Assembly: GCA_964387845.1 (NCBI GenBank)
Contig: CAYLXA010000009.1
Location: 32,001-96,000 of the forward strand
Source of the DNA: an uncultured bacterium
GTDB taxonomy: Bacteria > Omnitrophota > Omnitrophia > Omnitrophales > Abzuiibacteriaceae
Length of the DNA: 64,000 bases
Reading direction: 5' to 3'
Every line of letters begins with the position of its first letter. Within the stretch, counting starts at the first letter, position 1. The notes below the pieces were generated by a model that had not been told where the DNA came from, ran no database searches, and was given only the letters and a program-made list of their open reading frames with translations. Shown in pieces: positions 18,817 through 33,800 of this stretch. A program made the translations under genes and the position numbers.

Positions 18817-21800
18817 TTATGCGGCGCGTCCCAATTCGATAACGTTACGCAGTTCCGATCTTAAAGATTCCGCAATTTGAGTAATACCAAACGCATTAAA
18901 CAGCGCCTTGACTTCGCTCCGGCCGACAAACACAACCTGGCTTGCATAACGCTTCAGCATTTCGGCTGACGTTGCGTCACTTTCTTTTGAAGCAATAATC
19001 CTGAAATTCTTGGCACCCAATTTCCGAAGTTCTGAGCGCGCCTGGACAAAATCGCGCACAATCACAAAACGGTCTGAGTTTACATCCGCAACCGCGGCCC
19101 GGATGGCAGTTTCGCTGGCCGGATCAAGCGCAATGAGCGCCGTCGGATCGGCCGAATTTTCTAAAATAATCGGAAGTGCCCATAAGACATCCTCGTTAAT
19201 CAAAAGGCCTTCTGTCAGAATATTACCGACTGCCGTTTCTACCCCGGCGCCATCCTGCGCTTGCATAAATTGACGAATAGCCGCTTGAGGTTCTTCGCTT
19301 CTGGCACGGGTAAACTGCCTCCGGCCTGCTTCGACTTTCGACCTGATTCGTGTAGTAACGGCCGCAGGAATCATGGAAGACGTATCCAACGAGCCAAACG
19401 CAGAGCTCGGAACCGCAGTCAATCGCAATTCGGAACGGGTTTCTAGTTTCTGGTTTTTAGTTTCTGGTTTAAACTTGAAACTAGAGACTAGAGACTCGAA
19501 ACTTTCCTTACGAAGTTCGGAACGCTCCCACTTACCCGTCTTTTCAAGCGTGTGCTGCGCAATTGCGTGTTTAGTTTTAATCAAAGACCCCAGATCAAGT
19601 TCAAATTCCGAGGATGTTAAAGTATATGTACCCGAAAATCTGGATTCCAATTGCTGGATGCGTTCCACACCTTCCAGAACCAAAACTTTTGTCATGTTCA
19701 ACTCATGATCAGACTCAAGCCCGAGATCGATACGATGTTGGGTCCTGTTCACAACCGAAACGAGCGCAAAAAGTTCCGAGACCATTTTCCCGAATGCCAT
19801 AAAATAGCTTTGAACTTCTTTCTTATCTTTGATGGCTTTTGCCCCGCCAAACCGTTCTATAAGTTCTTCGCCGGCTTTTTCAACCAAAGCTGATACGTTC
19901 CAAACAATTTCCCAATCACGCTGAAGCGGGCTTTGGTCTGGAATATCCCAGCCTTGCAGCAATTGACGGTCATTCTTCCACACTTCGGATTCCAAATATT
20001 TGAGTACTGCCGATGCAATAACTTGCGAATAAAGGATTTCGTTGGCGCCTTCAAAAATCGTCATGACACGGGCATCCGCGTTAGTACGGGCGACTTGTTC
20101 TTCAACCATAAACCCCGCACCGCCGCGTTTTTGAACCGCTTCACTTGTCAAACGGTTCAGAACTTCAGAGCCCCACGCCTTCGCGGCCGCAGCTTCAAGC
20201 CCTGGTTCCGAAACACCGCCGTCAAAAAGCCCGGCAAGTGAATAGCTAATAGACTCAAGCGCATAGGTGTAAGCTTCCATGTCTGCAAGCGTTTCCTGAA
20301 CAGCGCCCCAATTGGCGAGCTGCGTACCGAACTGTATGCGATCGAGCGACCAATTTAAAGTTCTTTCAAATGAACGGAGCGCACCGCCCCAGCTTCCGGC
20401 TGCGACCGCCGTACGGCCGTGATTGAGAATCGACATGCCGATTTTATTGCCGTCGCCCAATTGGCCGAGCAGATTTTCCTTCGGAACCCGCGCATTCTCA
20501 AAATACACATCGACAGTCGAAGAACCATGAAGGCCTGTTTTGTGGTAGTCGTTGCTGATGGAAATGCCTGCCGCTTTGCGTGCTTCCGCATCCTTCGGGA
20601 ATTCAACGATAAAAACACTCTTCTCGTTTTCACCCGTCATCGCAAATACGGTCATAACATCCATGAAACGGCCGTTTGTGATAAACGCTTTTTCGCCGGT
20701 AATTTCATAATATTCTTCACCGGTCGTTTCATCTTTTTTGAGCACCGCTTTGGTTTTTAAAACCGATTCGCGGTTTAAGCTGTCTGAACCATGCGCGGTT
20801 TCAGTCAACGCGTAAGCGCCGATCCATTCGCCGGTCGCGAGTTTCGGCAGGTATTTCCGCTTTTGCTCTTCCGTTCCGAATTTCACAATCGGAAGCGTTC
20901 CGACACCGCCATGAACACGAACGAGAGAACCCACCGACGGATTGGCATACCACGCCCACATATCTGCCAGTGTTTTCATAATCTTTTTAAAGTTACCCAA
21001 CCCGTATTCTTCGGGAACTGACATCCCCAGCAAGCCCATCTCTCCTGCCTGCTGCAAAATGCCGCCCTCATCCTCAACTTTGACAGCGCCGCTATCAATC
21101 TTTTCGCTTTCCGGAACTACCGCGCTCTTGAAGAAATTGGCGATGGCTTCATTCATTGCATTGATTTCTTCATGACCGGCTAAATCTTCCGGAAATTGGA
21201 GCGTGCCTTCGGCCACATTGGCGCGGCCATATAATAGGAAGTCGCCGGATTTGGGCGTACTTTCGGCGAACGGTACCAGTGCTTTGTCATTCTGAGGCGC
21301 AGCCGAAGAATCTACGGTCGCAGATCCTTCGCTTCGCTCAGGATGACCGGCTTTTGCCTTATCCAGCACTTCTTTTTCCATCGCGTCCATCATTTTCAGA
21401 GTATTGGCGCGAATCAAAAGAGCGTTCTTTCCATTTCTTGCTTCATAGGTAACGGGAACGATCGGCAGTTTTTCACGCGTGACTTTGATTTTGTCAGCCG
21501 CGGGAGCAATAGCGCGGATGTCAATCACATCGCCCGGACGGATGTCATGATTAAAAGTAGCCAGATCGGTCACATTCAGTAATAAATGACCGGGAACGGC
21601 TTCCGCAGACATCCTGGCCGCTACTTTAATGGCTGCAAGAATATTGACAAGTCTCGGATCATTTGATTCGGCAATCACGCGTACACCGTTTAAATAATCT
21701 TCCGTAACCGTTACGGGCAGAAGGCCGCTTGGATTTTCATTTGGCGATGACGTATCTTGAATGCGCGGGCTTGCAGAATCCGTAAAATCAAATATCTGCT

Positions 21801-24800
21801 TCGGAACCGAGTGCGTAACACCTTCGGACCATGCTTTCGCCTGATCGATTTGCGATTGGGTGGGTTTTGAAGTATCAAACGGCTCATCGGCCGGCCTTGG
21901 TTTCATATTGGCAACGATTTCTGCCACCACTTTCCCGGCTTGATTAACAACCTGAATCTTAAGCTTCGCGACACCATTTTCAGAAATACTCATGACTTCA
22001 ATGACCGGTGTCACCACGTCGTCAAACTTCACGGGCGCTGAAAATTTCGCGCTTTCTACCGCACTACCCTCATCTCCGATGCCGATAAATTCATACCCGG
22101 GAAGCTCTTCCTGGGTACGGGCCAGCATTTTAGAAACCGTCAGAAGGCCATGTGCAACCAGAGCGCCAAATTTGGACGCTTCCGCGTATTCTTTGAGTAA
22201 GTGGAAACGGTTGCGGTCGCCTTCCATCGCGAAGAGCTTGACCATCCACTCGCGCATGATGAGCGCGTTTCCGAGAATCTTTTGGCCGGCGAATACGGAA
22301 AGTGCGTTGTCTTCCGTGCGCCCGCCCGGACGAAGCGCTAAGAGAAGTCTTGCGCGCGCCTTTGTATAACGTTCTTTTTCGGCATCGCTCAAAATACCAG
22401 GGATTTTCATGGCGCGTTCCATTTGGATAAACGGAATGCGCGCGGATGCAGCATCTACGATTTCAAGCGCGCCGGTCACAGGATCTTTGAATCCGACAGC
22501 GCCAAGGCCGCGGTCTTGATCGGCAACGGCGTAATCTTCGATAATCGCAAGGTCGCGCTCAGTTGAATTTTTCCATGCTTTTGCGTACGCTTTGCCTGCA
22601 TCACTCTTGAGCCATTCTTTCTTGGCCGCTTTGCCTTCATCCGTTTTCAAATCAAATACGGGCATCGCACCGACCGTGTCAGCGCGTTGCGGACTTAACA
22701 AGCGGTTAATTTCATCAACTTGATTGGCTTTTGCAAGTTTTCCCGCGAAACCCCAATTGGCGACACGTTCCGCTTCATGCGTTACATTTTCATCACTGGA
22801 ATAACCATCGATCGCGTCAATTTTTGAATATGCCGTGAGAGCAATAAAAAGTGAGTGATAATAATTGTAACCTTTCGTTGTCGGATCATCTTCGGCCTCA
22901 TGAACCATATTGCCGTCAACATCGAAAATCGCGGCCGTTACGCGGCGGCTTGCACGCATGATCGACTGCGTTTCCGATTCCTCAAACGCTTTTGCTTCTT
23001 GTTCGATTGCTTTAGGGTCAGAAATGCTGGGTACAATTTCAAACCCTCCCGTGAGATATCTATAATCATGTTCAAACTCGGATAGAAAACCGTCTAGCTC
23101 TCTGATTTCTTTTGCGCTTTGTGTGTTTTGATACACAATACCCGTAACAGAGGATGCGAGTAATGGGAAAATATCCTTAAGTCTTTCGATTGGATTTGAC
23201 TTTGCAGTTTCAATCCAAATAATCTTTTCATGCTCGCCCGGGAGCATCAATCCTTTAAGTTTTTGTATAGAATCCTTGAAAGAACCGTCTTGCCACCACG
23301 AAGCCGGTGCGGAATCTAAATTGATTTTAATGATATCCACCTCTGAATTCATTGCTATATTCAGAGCTTCATAGTCATTTACGTCAACACTTACGATTGA
23401 TCGTGCCAATGACACATCGCGCGGAACGAAAACTTCGGGCGGAAGAATAGGTTTGCTGTCGGCTGCCATTTTGTCGAGATCGGCCAGTTTTATTTCGGGT
23501 AATTTTTTGTAATCGTAATCCGGATGTTTGCGGATGACAGGCGGAAATTGGCCGAGGAATGGCTCCATTCCCTTCAAGTGGTTCGGATGAACGCTCCACT
23601 TGCGGTTCATGCCGATCTTGATAAATTTTTCTGTGTCGGCTGTGGTCGGCTCAACTTCAAGTTTCACGGTAATGCCGGTACCCGCCACTTTTCCGGTTTT
23701 CTTTCCGGCTTCAACGATATCGAGAAGCGCTGAGCGCATATACGGAAATTGCTCATGCTGCACTTCATTTTTCCCGCCGGTTGCGGCTGTGTAATCGACA
23801 ACGCCAAGCTGTGCTTCTTCTACTTCCGGAGCAATTGATAAAATCCGTTCAGCGTTCAAAGTTCCACCGGGAAGTTCTGTGAGCACAAATACTTTATGAG
23901 AACCGACGGGGCGATTGACCCATTTTTGTTCGGCTTGAATCGCACGCAGATTGGCAACACCGATGCGGACATCCTGCGGGCCGAATACTTTCGGCATATA
24001 AATACCGTCTATCAAATGGCCGATGGCGCGAAAGACGATGGAATAATCGCCCGCGGACCACTTGGTGCGCAGATTGTTCGGACGGAACAGAATCATCTGG
24101 TCTTTATGGAAACGCGCTTCTTCTTTTAATTGGAAGCGTCTATTGCGCGAATGAATCTCATCCCACTCGTCTTCTGACAACATCCGGTAATCCGAATAAT
24201 CGGTGTCATCCGGCAATTCAATAAGATATTTGTCGATCGGATCTTTTTCGTCGTTGGCCTGCAAAGCATTCTTTTTCAAGAAATCAACTTGCTCTTGTGT
24301 GAGGATTTCGCCCTTGAACAACCGGATCAATTGAATAATGACTTCGCGCGCAAGTTCCTTGCGGATGGTCGCTACGGCATCTTCCAAATCTAATAGAAGA
24401 ATCGGAGCCTTCATGCCCGCGCGTGCGGCAAGCAGCATGAATTTCCAGTTATCACCGGGAAACACATTTTGGACTTCGCGCGGCATGTACTCCCACGCAA
24501 GCCGTGCGGCAACTTCATCAGCCGTCACATCGGGCTTCACGACTTTCCAATTTTCGTAGCGGTAATTGAGGTCTTTCACGGCATGAGCTTCATCATTGCC
24601 AAACGCGGTCAGCAATGCCTGCTTCACTTCCGCATTCGTCACTTGATCGAGCGAAATTTCCCGTAATTCGGAACGGACAAACTCGGGGCTCTTCAATCTG
24701 TTGCGGTCAATTTTTTGAAGGTCGCCGGTGCGCGGAAGTGAGGAAACAATCACAACCCGCTTGGGTGCTTTGTAATGGGCAAGTGACTCTTTTGCGGATT

Positions 24801-27800
24801 CAATAATCTCTTCTTCCCTGCCTTTTAATGCTCCGAACCAGGCTTCGGTGACAAAAGCAACCACCACTTCATCAAAATGGCCGACCAATTCGGCAAAGTC
24901 ATCATCGGAAATAACGCCGGCCTCGCCGTGAACAACCTGATCAAAATAAGCAGGATCGTTGATTCCGACGACTGCAACTTCATTGACACCCTGAAAATTA
25001 GAAATTACCTTTTCCACTTCGCCCGGATTTACATTTTGGCTGCCGGTGATAATGACGTTTTTCGTACGGCCGGTGATGGTCACGTAACCTTCGGAATCTA
25101 TTGTCGCCAAATCACCCGTACGGACCCACGTCAGGCCGATTTTTTGAGTTAAAGCCTCTTTAGTCGCTTTCGGATCATTCCAATATTCCCTCATCACTTG
25201 CGGAGCCGAAACAATAAGCTCGCCTTCCTGACTGCCTGCAATGATGTCCCAAGTTCCCGGCTTCACAACACGCGCCACAACATCACGGTTTGGCTTTCCA
25301 ACCGTTCCGGGTTTTTCGGCGTTAATCGGGTTCGTGATGGTGCTGGTGGCTTCGGTTAATCCGTAACCTTCGATCAAGCGCGCGCCGGTTGCTTCTTCAA
25401 ACGCACCTTTTACTTTTCCGAGAGCGGAACCGCGGCTTAGACCGATCAAGCCCGGAAATTTCCGGCCTGATTGCGCCAGCGAATGGAAAATTGCGGGAAC
25501 CGCAAACAACAACTTCGCGTTTGATTCGGCCAGCGTTTGCGCCAAGCCGTCTACAAATGATGCGGAAGTTTGATTATAAGGAAGGCGGGGCGCGAGAATA
25601 ATCGGCCGGCCTTGAAGCATGCTCGCAAACACCACATGCGTTCCGTAAGTTTTCGGCTGTAAAGGAATCACGGCCGGTCCCGGCTCAACATCCTTCAGCC
25701 AATCCTGATATTGTCCGAGCGTCGCTGCAATATTCGCATGCGTCTGTGCCACAATTTTCGGAGTCCCCGAAGTTCCGGTCGATGGTGAAAGCTGCGCAAT
25801 ATTTTTTTCATAAACCGGCCTTCTGGAAGGAGCGCCGTTCGTGGGCGTATTAAAAATGTCATCGAGCACTTTCGCGGTTCCGTGGCGTAGTCTATGTTCG
25901 CCCAAATCAGAAACATAAATCCTTAAATTCGGGAATTCCTGAACAATATTTCTCAAATCATCTTTGCGGTAATAGTCAGTCAAAATCACCAACGCTTTTG
26001 CGCCGGTTTCTTTGAGATGGCGGACGATATCACTGCGGTTCCACAAAGTTTCAAACGGAACACGGACGGCGCCTGCCCGCCAAATCCCGAGGTCGACGGC
26101 AAGATCATAGGCCGAATTCGGCATCATGACGGCCACGCGGTCGCCTTTTTCAATTCCCGACCGAATGAGCTCTGCGCTGAACCGGCCGGCCCATTGGCCG
26201 AGCTGTTCGTATGTTATAGATTGATTTTCCATCGGAACCACGGCAGAAGCGCTTCTGGCCAGCCGGATGGTTTGCTTCGGATATTTTTCTATCGCATCGT
26301 CAATCATTCGCACAATGTGGTAATTGCGTGCTTCAATTTCCGATGTCACCTGCGCTCGCATTGATATAGTTGCGTGATCAGGTACCATTGGCGATGGATT
26401 TAAATCGAGGTCTTCCATATTAACCGGCTGCGGCGCATCCGAGACCCACTCTAAGAGCGAGCGCGGAATTGTGACGGAGTAGCGATCCGCAACTTCTTGA
26501 ACCAGCGACAGGACACCTGCGGCGCCGATCTCGGTCATTTGCTTAAAAATGCCTTTTTCCCATTTGAACGCGAGCCGGACGGCAACGTCGATGCCCTCTT
26601 TGGCTTCTTCGGGGCTTTCAACATCCAGAATGGCATTTTCATCGATCAACTGCCATGCCACCAAAAATACGCCGCCCAAAATAAAATCACGGACCGCGCC
26701 CACAACATTATTCGGAAGCGTTTCGCCCGCGGAAAACTCAACTCTTCGGGCTTCATTAAATTGAGATTCAAAATCAAGCAAAGACGGAGAGGGCGCATAA
26801 AATTGATCCGGATACGCGCTGTGCAGAATTCTTTGAGAGTTTGCCACAATGTCAGGCGCAATGTACTTCGCGACAAGCTCTGCCGCTCCTTGTGCGGCGC
26901 CGAGCGCCATTTTGAATGCTTCGTCAATGGTCGCGAAATTCACGTTTTCCATATTAACGCCGATGCCGCCCAAAATGGTTGCCGGAGCGCCTTCATCCGC
27001 GATCCGAAGCGCGTGATTGAGCACGGGAATAATCAAACGGCTTGTCACAAACCCCGGCTGGCTTTTTACGACAATGGCGGTTTTTCCGACCGTACGCACG
27101 AACATTTTTGCGCGCTCGACGGTTTCCGGCGAAGTTTCTCTTCCAACCACAATTTCGACCAATTCATTCACGTGCGCAGGAAGCTGAAAATGAATGCCGA
27201 TCACATATTGTTTCCGCTCGGCACTGACCGCTTCGGCAAGCTCTTCAATCGGAATCGTCGTGGTGTTGGTGGCTAAAATCGCACCTTCTTTCGCCAGCTT
27301 ATCCAATTGCCTAAAGAGCGCCTGTTTCACGGCTTTGTCTTCAACCGCAGCTTCTATAATGATACCTTTTGAAGCCACTGCTTCCGGCAAGCTGGTGCCA
27401 TAATCCAACAAGTTATCGAGCTGGCCGAGCTGGGCTTCCGATAATTTTCCATTTTCATGGGCTTTTCTAAAGCTATCTTGCAAGGTTTTCTGTGCCTTTT
27501 GAATCATTTCCGGTGAAATATCATAAAGCGACGTCCATAATTCGCCGTTCTGTGCGGCGACTTGCGCAATCCGCGATCCCATCTTCCCCGCGCCCAATAC
27601 TGCCACATAATTATCTTCATGACGCGAGCGCAACTCGGAGCGCGGCATTTGGACGAGCTCGGTGAGGACTTTCTTGCCGCCCTGAATGGAAACAAGCGTG
27701 AAGAAAACGGTCGTGCCGTTTGCTCCGGGGCGCGGCGCTTGGTCGACTAATATGATTCCGGAAGTTTTGCTTTTGGCGGCTTCAACGATGTCTGCCGCGG

Positions 27801-30800
27801 CAGCTTCGATATTGGGCGTCCAGATTTCAACCTGCTGGATACCTTCGCCGAATTTGGCAATATGTTTTGTAATCGTATTCCGCGGGCTATCAGGCGTATC
27901 CGTTAAAATATCAAGGATTCTGGGCGATCCATCAGCCCCGCCGACGGTGATTTCGAACTCATTAACGCCGACACCTGTCGGAACATCGGAAAGCGGATGA
28001 TCTTGCTCGCCCCACAACACACGGATTTTGGCAAAATTTTCGGCCGATACGGCAAGCCCCGCCGAAGCAGCGCTGGAGTGGCCGATTGCGGGCAAGAGGT
28101 CTCTTTCCACGGGAACGGAATGATTGTAAATAACCGGATTTTGGCGGACAACATCAATCAATTGGTCGCCCGCAATCGCAAAAATCCGCGCTGCATACTC
28201 TCTGATCTTGGGATCATCTGACACCAAGTCTGCGGTTGTGACGACTCGTGTTTTTGAAAACGGTTCGCGGGCATCGCGAACGAGCGGCTCGGGCTGCGGA
28301 TTTGGTCCCTCACGAAACGCTGTGACCCCCACAAGCGGCGTAAGGCCGGCAACAATTTTTGCGGTTTTCATGTCTGCTGCGCGTGTAATATCAGAAGCTG
28401 AAACGGGCACATCCTGCAGCAAGAACTTCCTGGTTGCATCAATCAATTGGCTGGTTAACTCTTCAATCACGAAGGAACCGCCCAAGGGGTCACGAACGCC
28501 CTCAAGGCCGGCTTCATATTCCAGTACGGCGACCGTGTCTTTGGCAAGCTGTTCCGCCCACGCACTCCAGCGGGTACGAATACCGAACGGAAGGTCAAAC
28601 GGACGAACTTCGATTTTCTGGGCCCCGCCCAATTTCGCGGCGAATGCCTGAAGGGCACCGCGGGCGATGTTATTCCATGATTTTTCGGTTACAAGAGATG
28701 AAGCATCCGTGCGGGCAATGATGCGAAGCTGTTGGGCTTCGGTGTCTTCGATGCCCTTCTCTTTCAGTAACGTTGCCCACAATTCCCGAGCTACACGGAA
28801 TTTTGCCACATTTTCAAGAAATTGGTTTCCTGCATTTAATCGAAAAACAACTGACCGTGCGCGCTCGGTTTGTATTTTTGAGTCATCGGCTGCGAAAACA
28901 AATTCAAGCGCTTTGTGCAGTGACCACGCCAATTCTTGCGCTGCCGTTACTCCGGTCTCACCGAGTTCAAAACCATTGACCACATAACTATTAGCCGCAT
29001 CCTCGATTTCACGATTAATTCCGCCGGTGTAAGGAAATTGTGCCGACTCCGGCTGATTAAATGACGGTTCCGGAACAGAAGCCAATTGCGCTGATTGTTC
29101 GGTCAAGTAATTCCGAAGTTTTTCATTGAAAAGCGGTACAAACTCGCCTTCCCACGGCGTTTCACGGTCCGCAACGCCGAAAACATTTTTCAAACGTTCC
29201 GTAATTTCACCGATAGTCGCATAAGCTTCGACCGCTTCGATGATGGACGGCATCAGGTTGGTTGATTCGGACTTAGCGGCGGCTTCAACCGCGTCTAACT
29301 TTTCCGCAACCAGCGTGTTATCTCTTTCTGATTTTAATTCTTCAAGCGCTTCGATTTGCTTGGTACGGAATGTATCGCCTTTCGAATCAACGCTGAAAAT
29401 TTTAACCGGCGGCGCCAACTTGTCGCCTTCGGTTTCTATATTCACACCGACTACCTTTTTTGTTCCGCTGTCAATGGCCTTGGTTTCCTCATAGGCATGT
29501 TGAAGCACGCGCTCATTTAAGTCGCTTAATACTTTGGTTAAATCGCTTTGCTTTACATATTCACCGAGCATGGACCAAACCTGGCGCTCGATACGGTCCG
29601 TCAATGTTTCCACATAACTGTTCTTGGCGCCGCCCAAAGGATCAATAAATTCGGTGATTCCGGTTTCATTCAAAACAATATTGCCGGTATCAAGAGAAAT
29701 GGCCTGGCTTTCCGCCGTCGGGATAGCAATCGCCTCATCAAACGAAGTGGTATTAAATCCCTGAGCGCCGGTAAATACCGCTGTGACGGTCCGAATCGCA
29801 TCACGGACAATATTGACATGCGGCTTATGAGCGCGTAAGTCGGTTCCGCCCGTGTAAGCCTGGACGCGCCAATGCATCGCGCGCGGATCTTGAACGCCGA
29901 AACCCTCCTTCATGATCTGCGCCCAAATGCGGCGCCCGGCACGGTATTTCGCGACTTCCTCAAGCGAATTCATTTTCACGTTCATGAAGAAGGAGACCTG
30001 CTTGGCAACCTCTTCAACATTTTGGCCGGCTTCCTGCGCCACGGTTAAATATTCGATTCCGGAAACGAACGCGGAAACCAGTTCTTCAACAGCCGTCGCG
30101 CCGGCTTCACGCGCGTGATAACCGGTCACGCTAATAGTATTGAAATAAGGGACAGCGTCTTTAGCAAAAGCAAAAATATCGCGAATCAGCCGCAAAGAAG
30201 GCTTAAGCGGGAAAATAAATGTGTCGCGGCGGCCCACAGCCATTTCTTTAATAATATCGTTCTGAACTGTTCCGCGGAGTTCTTTTACATCCACGCCGGC
30301 TTTTTTCGCGGCCGCGATGAACATGGCAAGCAAAATAGAGGCAGGTGCGTTGATTGTTTTAGAAACACCGATTCGTTTCGCGGTCAAGAGCTTCATCACT
30401 TCAGGCGTAAACAACGCTTCATAATCTTTTAATGAAGCAACCGAAATTCCGGCTTTGCCCACTTCCCCGAGTGTTAATTCGTTTGTCGGATCCAATCCTA
30501 GCTGTGTCGGGAGGTCAAACGCGGTGCTCAAGCCTGTAGCCCCTGCTTCAATTTGCTTCAAGAAAAGTTCTCGAGTTTCATCAGCAGTGCCAAAACCGGA
30601 ATACTTTCGATTAACCGGAAGCCTGCCGCCAAAACGTCCGACATACATCGACGGATGAATGCCGCGCGTAAACGGATATTGTCCGGCTTGGCCAAGCACG
30701 CCCAGCGCGATATGCAGCTCGCTCCTGTTCGCCGGCCGTCCGCTCATTTCAATGACTTGCGCAACCCACTCCGCAGGCGCGCCTACCGGTCCGCTAACCG

Positions 30801-33800
30801 CCGCTTTGGCAGCAACCGCACCGACTCGTTCTTCAGGGGTCGGCTCTTGTGTCCCGGCGTCAAAATCGTATCCCTCTAACCACGCATCCGCATCAAATCC
30901 CGAAGAAGCAGCGCGAAGCTCGCTGCGGATTCCGCGTACTTCTCTAAATTTCTGTTCGCTTTCTGCCGTAATCTCATCAACCGACCGAAGCAAACGTTTA
31001 TTAAATTCTTCCGCTGTCATTTCTTGAATCTCTTTCAGTGCGATCGCAATATCTTGATCCTGCTGCTTCTTTTGCAAACGTTCGGTTAGCCGTTTGATCA
31101 GAAACGCGCGAAATTCACGATGCTTCATGTTTGTCACATCTTCATCACCGATCGTGAGTAAAATTTGTCTGTATCGGATTCCCATGGACGGATCCAACGC
31201 GAGCGCGGTGAAATGATTAAGCATTTCCTGGGATACATCGCCCATTTCACGGAGGACGGCTTCTTTGTTAGCATCGCCAACCGTAATCGGACCCGTTGTG
31301 CCGATCAGCCCGGCCGCGTCGCTGCCAGATGTGCCTTCAAGTAATTCTTCTGCCGTATAAGGCGCCTTGGCTTCTTCAACCGGGAAAACCCATTCGCCTG
31401 CGGCGCGCTCTGCTTGAAGGCGCTGCATTTCCGCGGTAAGGTGCGATTCAAAACTTGCAACCGAAACATCTAGAAGCTTCTCATAAGCGGCATTAATTTT
31501 CTCGCCTTCTGCTTCGTTTTCTTTCGCGACTCTCTGGTAACGCTCCTGCATTTGTGTTTTGATTTCATCCAAAATTTCAGCCGGAGATTTATTTTCGATA
31601 TTAATTTCGGGAACAGTTTTTAGAATTTCGATGTAAACATCGCCGCGTGCCGGATCAGCCGCACGCGCAATCGCATAAGCTTCCGCCACCGCAAAAATAT
31701 CCGGAAGCCTATTTTCTATTCGCTCAAATAATTCATCTGTGTCCGGCTCAAGGCCCAAAGCTTCCTGCACGGCGGCAGAATCTGAATGAGCAATGGCCTG
31801 CCACGCTTCAAAAACAGCGGACGACAATTTATCTTCCGCCGGGGTTCTGGGCTCGTAGGCCGCGTAAGGATCGTAAACGATCCCCTGCTCTTTGGCGGTT
31901 TCAATCACTCGAAGCGCAAGTTTTATATTCCGGACCTGGTCACGGTGAACCTGTTTTTCATAAGCTTCGGCGATGGTTTTAATACCGCCTTCTTGAACAC
32001 CGGCCAAAATATTATTCTTGCCCGTTCCTTGTGATTCAACGGCCTTGGGCAAATCTGGCCACGAGAAAAGTTTTGCCGGAGGCGGAATAATTTCGCCGCG
32101 CATGATCCAGTCAACCACGGCAGATGCCTCAGAGCCTGACGCGTAATGCGAGCCCAGCATGACTTTGCGGCTTAGTAAAATGGAAACTTGCGTCATCCAG
32201 GTATTCGCCGCGTGATAACGAAGCGATAGCTTGGAAGTATCGTTCGGATAAATAATTTGAGAGAAGAAACCAACAAATGTGAGCGGGTTTAGAATTTGTT
32301 CACCGTCTTCACCATCCCACAGTACCACCGACACATCCGGGCCGAATGGGGTTCCGTCTTTTCGCTTTCCAAAAACTTCGCCCAGAGCCTCGCCAAAAGG
32401 CAGAACAACGGAAGTCTGATAAGCACTGAACGCTTTCTGCCGTTTTTCGAATTCACTATTTTCATCAGCGGTTGACGTGTCAGAAAGCACCTGCGGAGGG
32501 TCGGGCATCCGCTGAAAATACCGCCCGGCGCTTTCGGCAGACGCGTTTAGCTGCGCCTGAACTTTACTTAGAATTTCACGCACAACTTCTTCGGATTGGC
32601 CGAGTTCTGAAATGAATTTTTTATTTTCTAGAATGTTGCCAAAATTTCCTGATTTCACCTCATCAAAAATTGATTTACCGAATGAAAGCGGAATAATGCT
32701 CTTCATTTTTTTGTCTTTGATTCCGCGTTCTTTTAAAACAACTTCGAATGCTTGGCGCAAACCGACCACATTTTGAACATGATCAAGGCGTAAAATTCCG
32801 TCCGGCACTTTACGGCCAAATTTTGTACGTTCGTCTAATAAACCCCAGTTCCGAATGACGGCTTCTTCAGCTTGATCGCGGGCAACTACAACAACTGTCG
32901 CGCGGTTTTTCTTTGCCTCAATCACAGATTCTTTTGCACGTTCATCGGACCCTGCGACCATGACTCGGCGCATTCTGGGAACGCGGTAACGATTACTGCG
33001 TAAATTTTTAGCACGGGCAAACATCACCGAAATTGGCGCATCATCACGCGTTCCGAAATGCTCGTGAGCAAAACCTGTGGCTCCGGCTCCGAAAAATGCG
33101 GCTTGGCCGCCCATGTCATTCGGATCTTTTGGATCGCCTTCGCGAAGTGCTGCAAAATGTAATCCCGCCATCTTTTGGCCGGAAGAAAACAGCGCCTTAT
33201 TCGGGCGTGCTCCGGGACGCCCAAGACGTTCCATTGCCTTGTCTACTGCAGCCACATAACTAGCTTCATCGGAAATGGATGTACGATAAATAACTTCGTC
33301 CGCGCCATAAACTTTTCTTGCCACTTCTTCATTTTGTGCACTTGAAACGGTTGTAATGACTTGAGCGCCTCGAAATTTTGCAAGCTGAGTTGCCGGTCCA
33401 CCCGTACCGCCCGCGCCGCCCTCATTGAGAAGGACTTGATCCTTTTTAACACCAAGCACGTTTAGCGCGTGTTCAACCGTTGGATAAACAAGACCAACAG
33501 GCCCTAACTGTTCAAAATCGTAGGCGCCGTCTTCTACCCGGACAACTTCGATGGCGCTCAAAACGGTTTCCTGTCCAAAACTGCCTTCAAAAGCATTTTT
33601 AGCTTCATACGCCAAAATGCGGAAACTTCGGTGCGCTTGCGCGCTTCCGCCGAATGCGTCCAGAACCAAAAGATCATGGGTTCCGCTGAGCATAATCACC
33701 ATATCGCCGACTTTGAGCGCATTCTGCTGGGACGCCAACGACCCGACTTCGGTAACGATCATGAGGCCGGCACTGCCGAGCACGGTTCCTAATTCTTTAT

